Shown here one piece after another: positions 63,859 through 64,000 of a stretch of 64,000 bases of DNA. The DNA is from Thermoplasmata archaeon (GTDB taxonomy: Archaea; Thermoplasmatota; Thermoplasmata; Lutacidiplasmatales; UBA184): positions 240,459 to 304,458 of the forward strand of contig JBKQUP010000037.1 in assembly GCA_052325545.1 (NCBI GenBank), written 5' to 3'. A model generated the notes under the pieces. The model did not search any database, was not told the origin of the DNA, and was given only the letters and a program-made list of their open reading frames with translations. The position numbers were made by a program, and so were the translations under genes. Positions within the stretch are counted from its first letter, which is position 1; each line of letters opens with the position of its first letter.

Positions 63859-64000
63859 TTGGCCGGGAGGGGACAGTGCAAAGGGGTCCGTGTCGGAGCC
63901 ACGCCTGGAACGAATGTTCGGATTCTATGCTAGTGTAACGCCTAATCCGCAACCACCACCGTTTTCTGGGATTCGAACCAAATAACAATGCCCTGACCAG

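Noticed and set aside
63740-63985. 81-aa ORF starting with a GTG that overlaps the methyltransferase stop (GTGA); the N-terminus has three Cys (CRLDGCRRDFVDC)
   Set aside because: It is not called as a gene. Third-position G+C is only about 60 percent by my count, well below the neighbouring genes. The ORF runs through the hairpin at 63838-63858 and the tRNA-like fragment. It deserves a homology check because of its position in the borosin-like locus.
63961-64000. Possible minus-strand tRNA gene (GGTTCGAATCC T-loop)
   Set aside because: Only the putative 3' third lies in the window. The T-stem has a mismatch, and the inferred acceptor strand is A/T-rich and atypical. A candidate anticodon loop (CTGGTCA) would place a pyrimidine at position 37. 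I report it as a fragment or att-like observation, not as a tRNA feature.
1-64000. Whole-window scan for CRISPR arrays, IS elements, integrases, rRNA genes and toxin-antitoxin or defence islands
   Set aside because: Reading both strands revealed no regularly spaced repeats, no transposase or integrase-like translations and no rRNA-like segments. I ran no computational repeat search, so short or degenerate repeats could have been missed.

Overview
High-G+C archaeal chromosomal segment (about two thirds G+C by eye, not computed), densely coding on both strands. I support 63 protein genes. I found no rRNA, no convincing tRNA, no CRISPR array and no transposase or integrase. Archaeal identity rests on TBP, Orc1/Cdc6, aIF-1A, RPA, Bud32, a class-I CCA-adding enzyme and a pilin with a class-III signal peptide. 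Content, left to right: an ABC-2 exporter and an aldo/keto reductase; a glycyl-radical-enzyme (GRE) locus of activase, GRE and APC permease; an MFS exporter, two methyltransferases and a VOC protein; aconitase; an ABC importer; PdxS, a GT4 glycosyltransferase and PyrF; an RPA operon; a membrane-anchored FKBP, a coiled-coil protein and LarB. Next come an acyl-CoA dehydrogenase/EtfBA/FixC module, aIF-1A, Nnr, Bud32, agmatinase, an acyl-CoA ligase operon with a THUMP-less ThiI-like protein, then a TBP-TatD-Tmk-Orc1/Cdc6-LipA block. The right half holds the CCA enzyme, an AmmeMemoRadiSam radical SAM enzyme, a divergent chorismate-mutase-like/U32 pair, an isochorismatase-family protein, an MFS transporter, a pilin, a four-subunit 2-oxoacid:ferredoxin oxidoreductase and a class III adenylyl cyclase-TPR protein. 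The most unusual element is at the right edge (62578-63743). An 89-aa ORF with a helical N-terminal region and a V/G/I/H-rich repeated C-terminal core lies 44 nt upstream of a close homologue of the borosin (OphMA/SonM-type) peptide backbone alpha-N-methyltransferase. This looks like a split-borosin RiPP locus in an archaeon, and it is cut off by the window end. Many long R/P/G-rich ORFs in the six-frame track are antisense or off-frame artefacts of the high G+C content and were not called.
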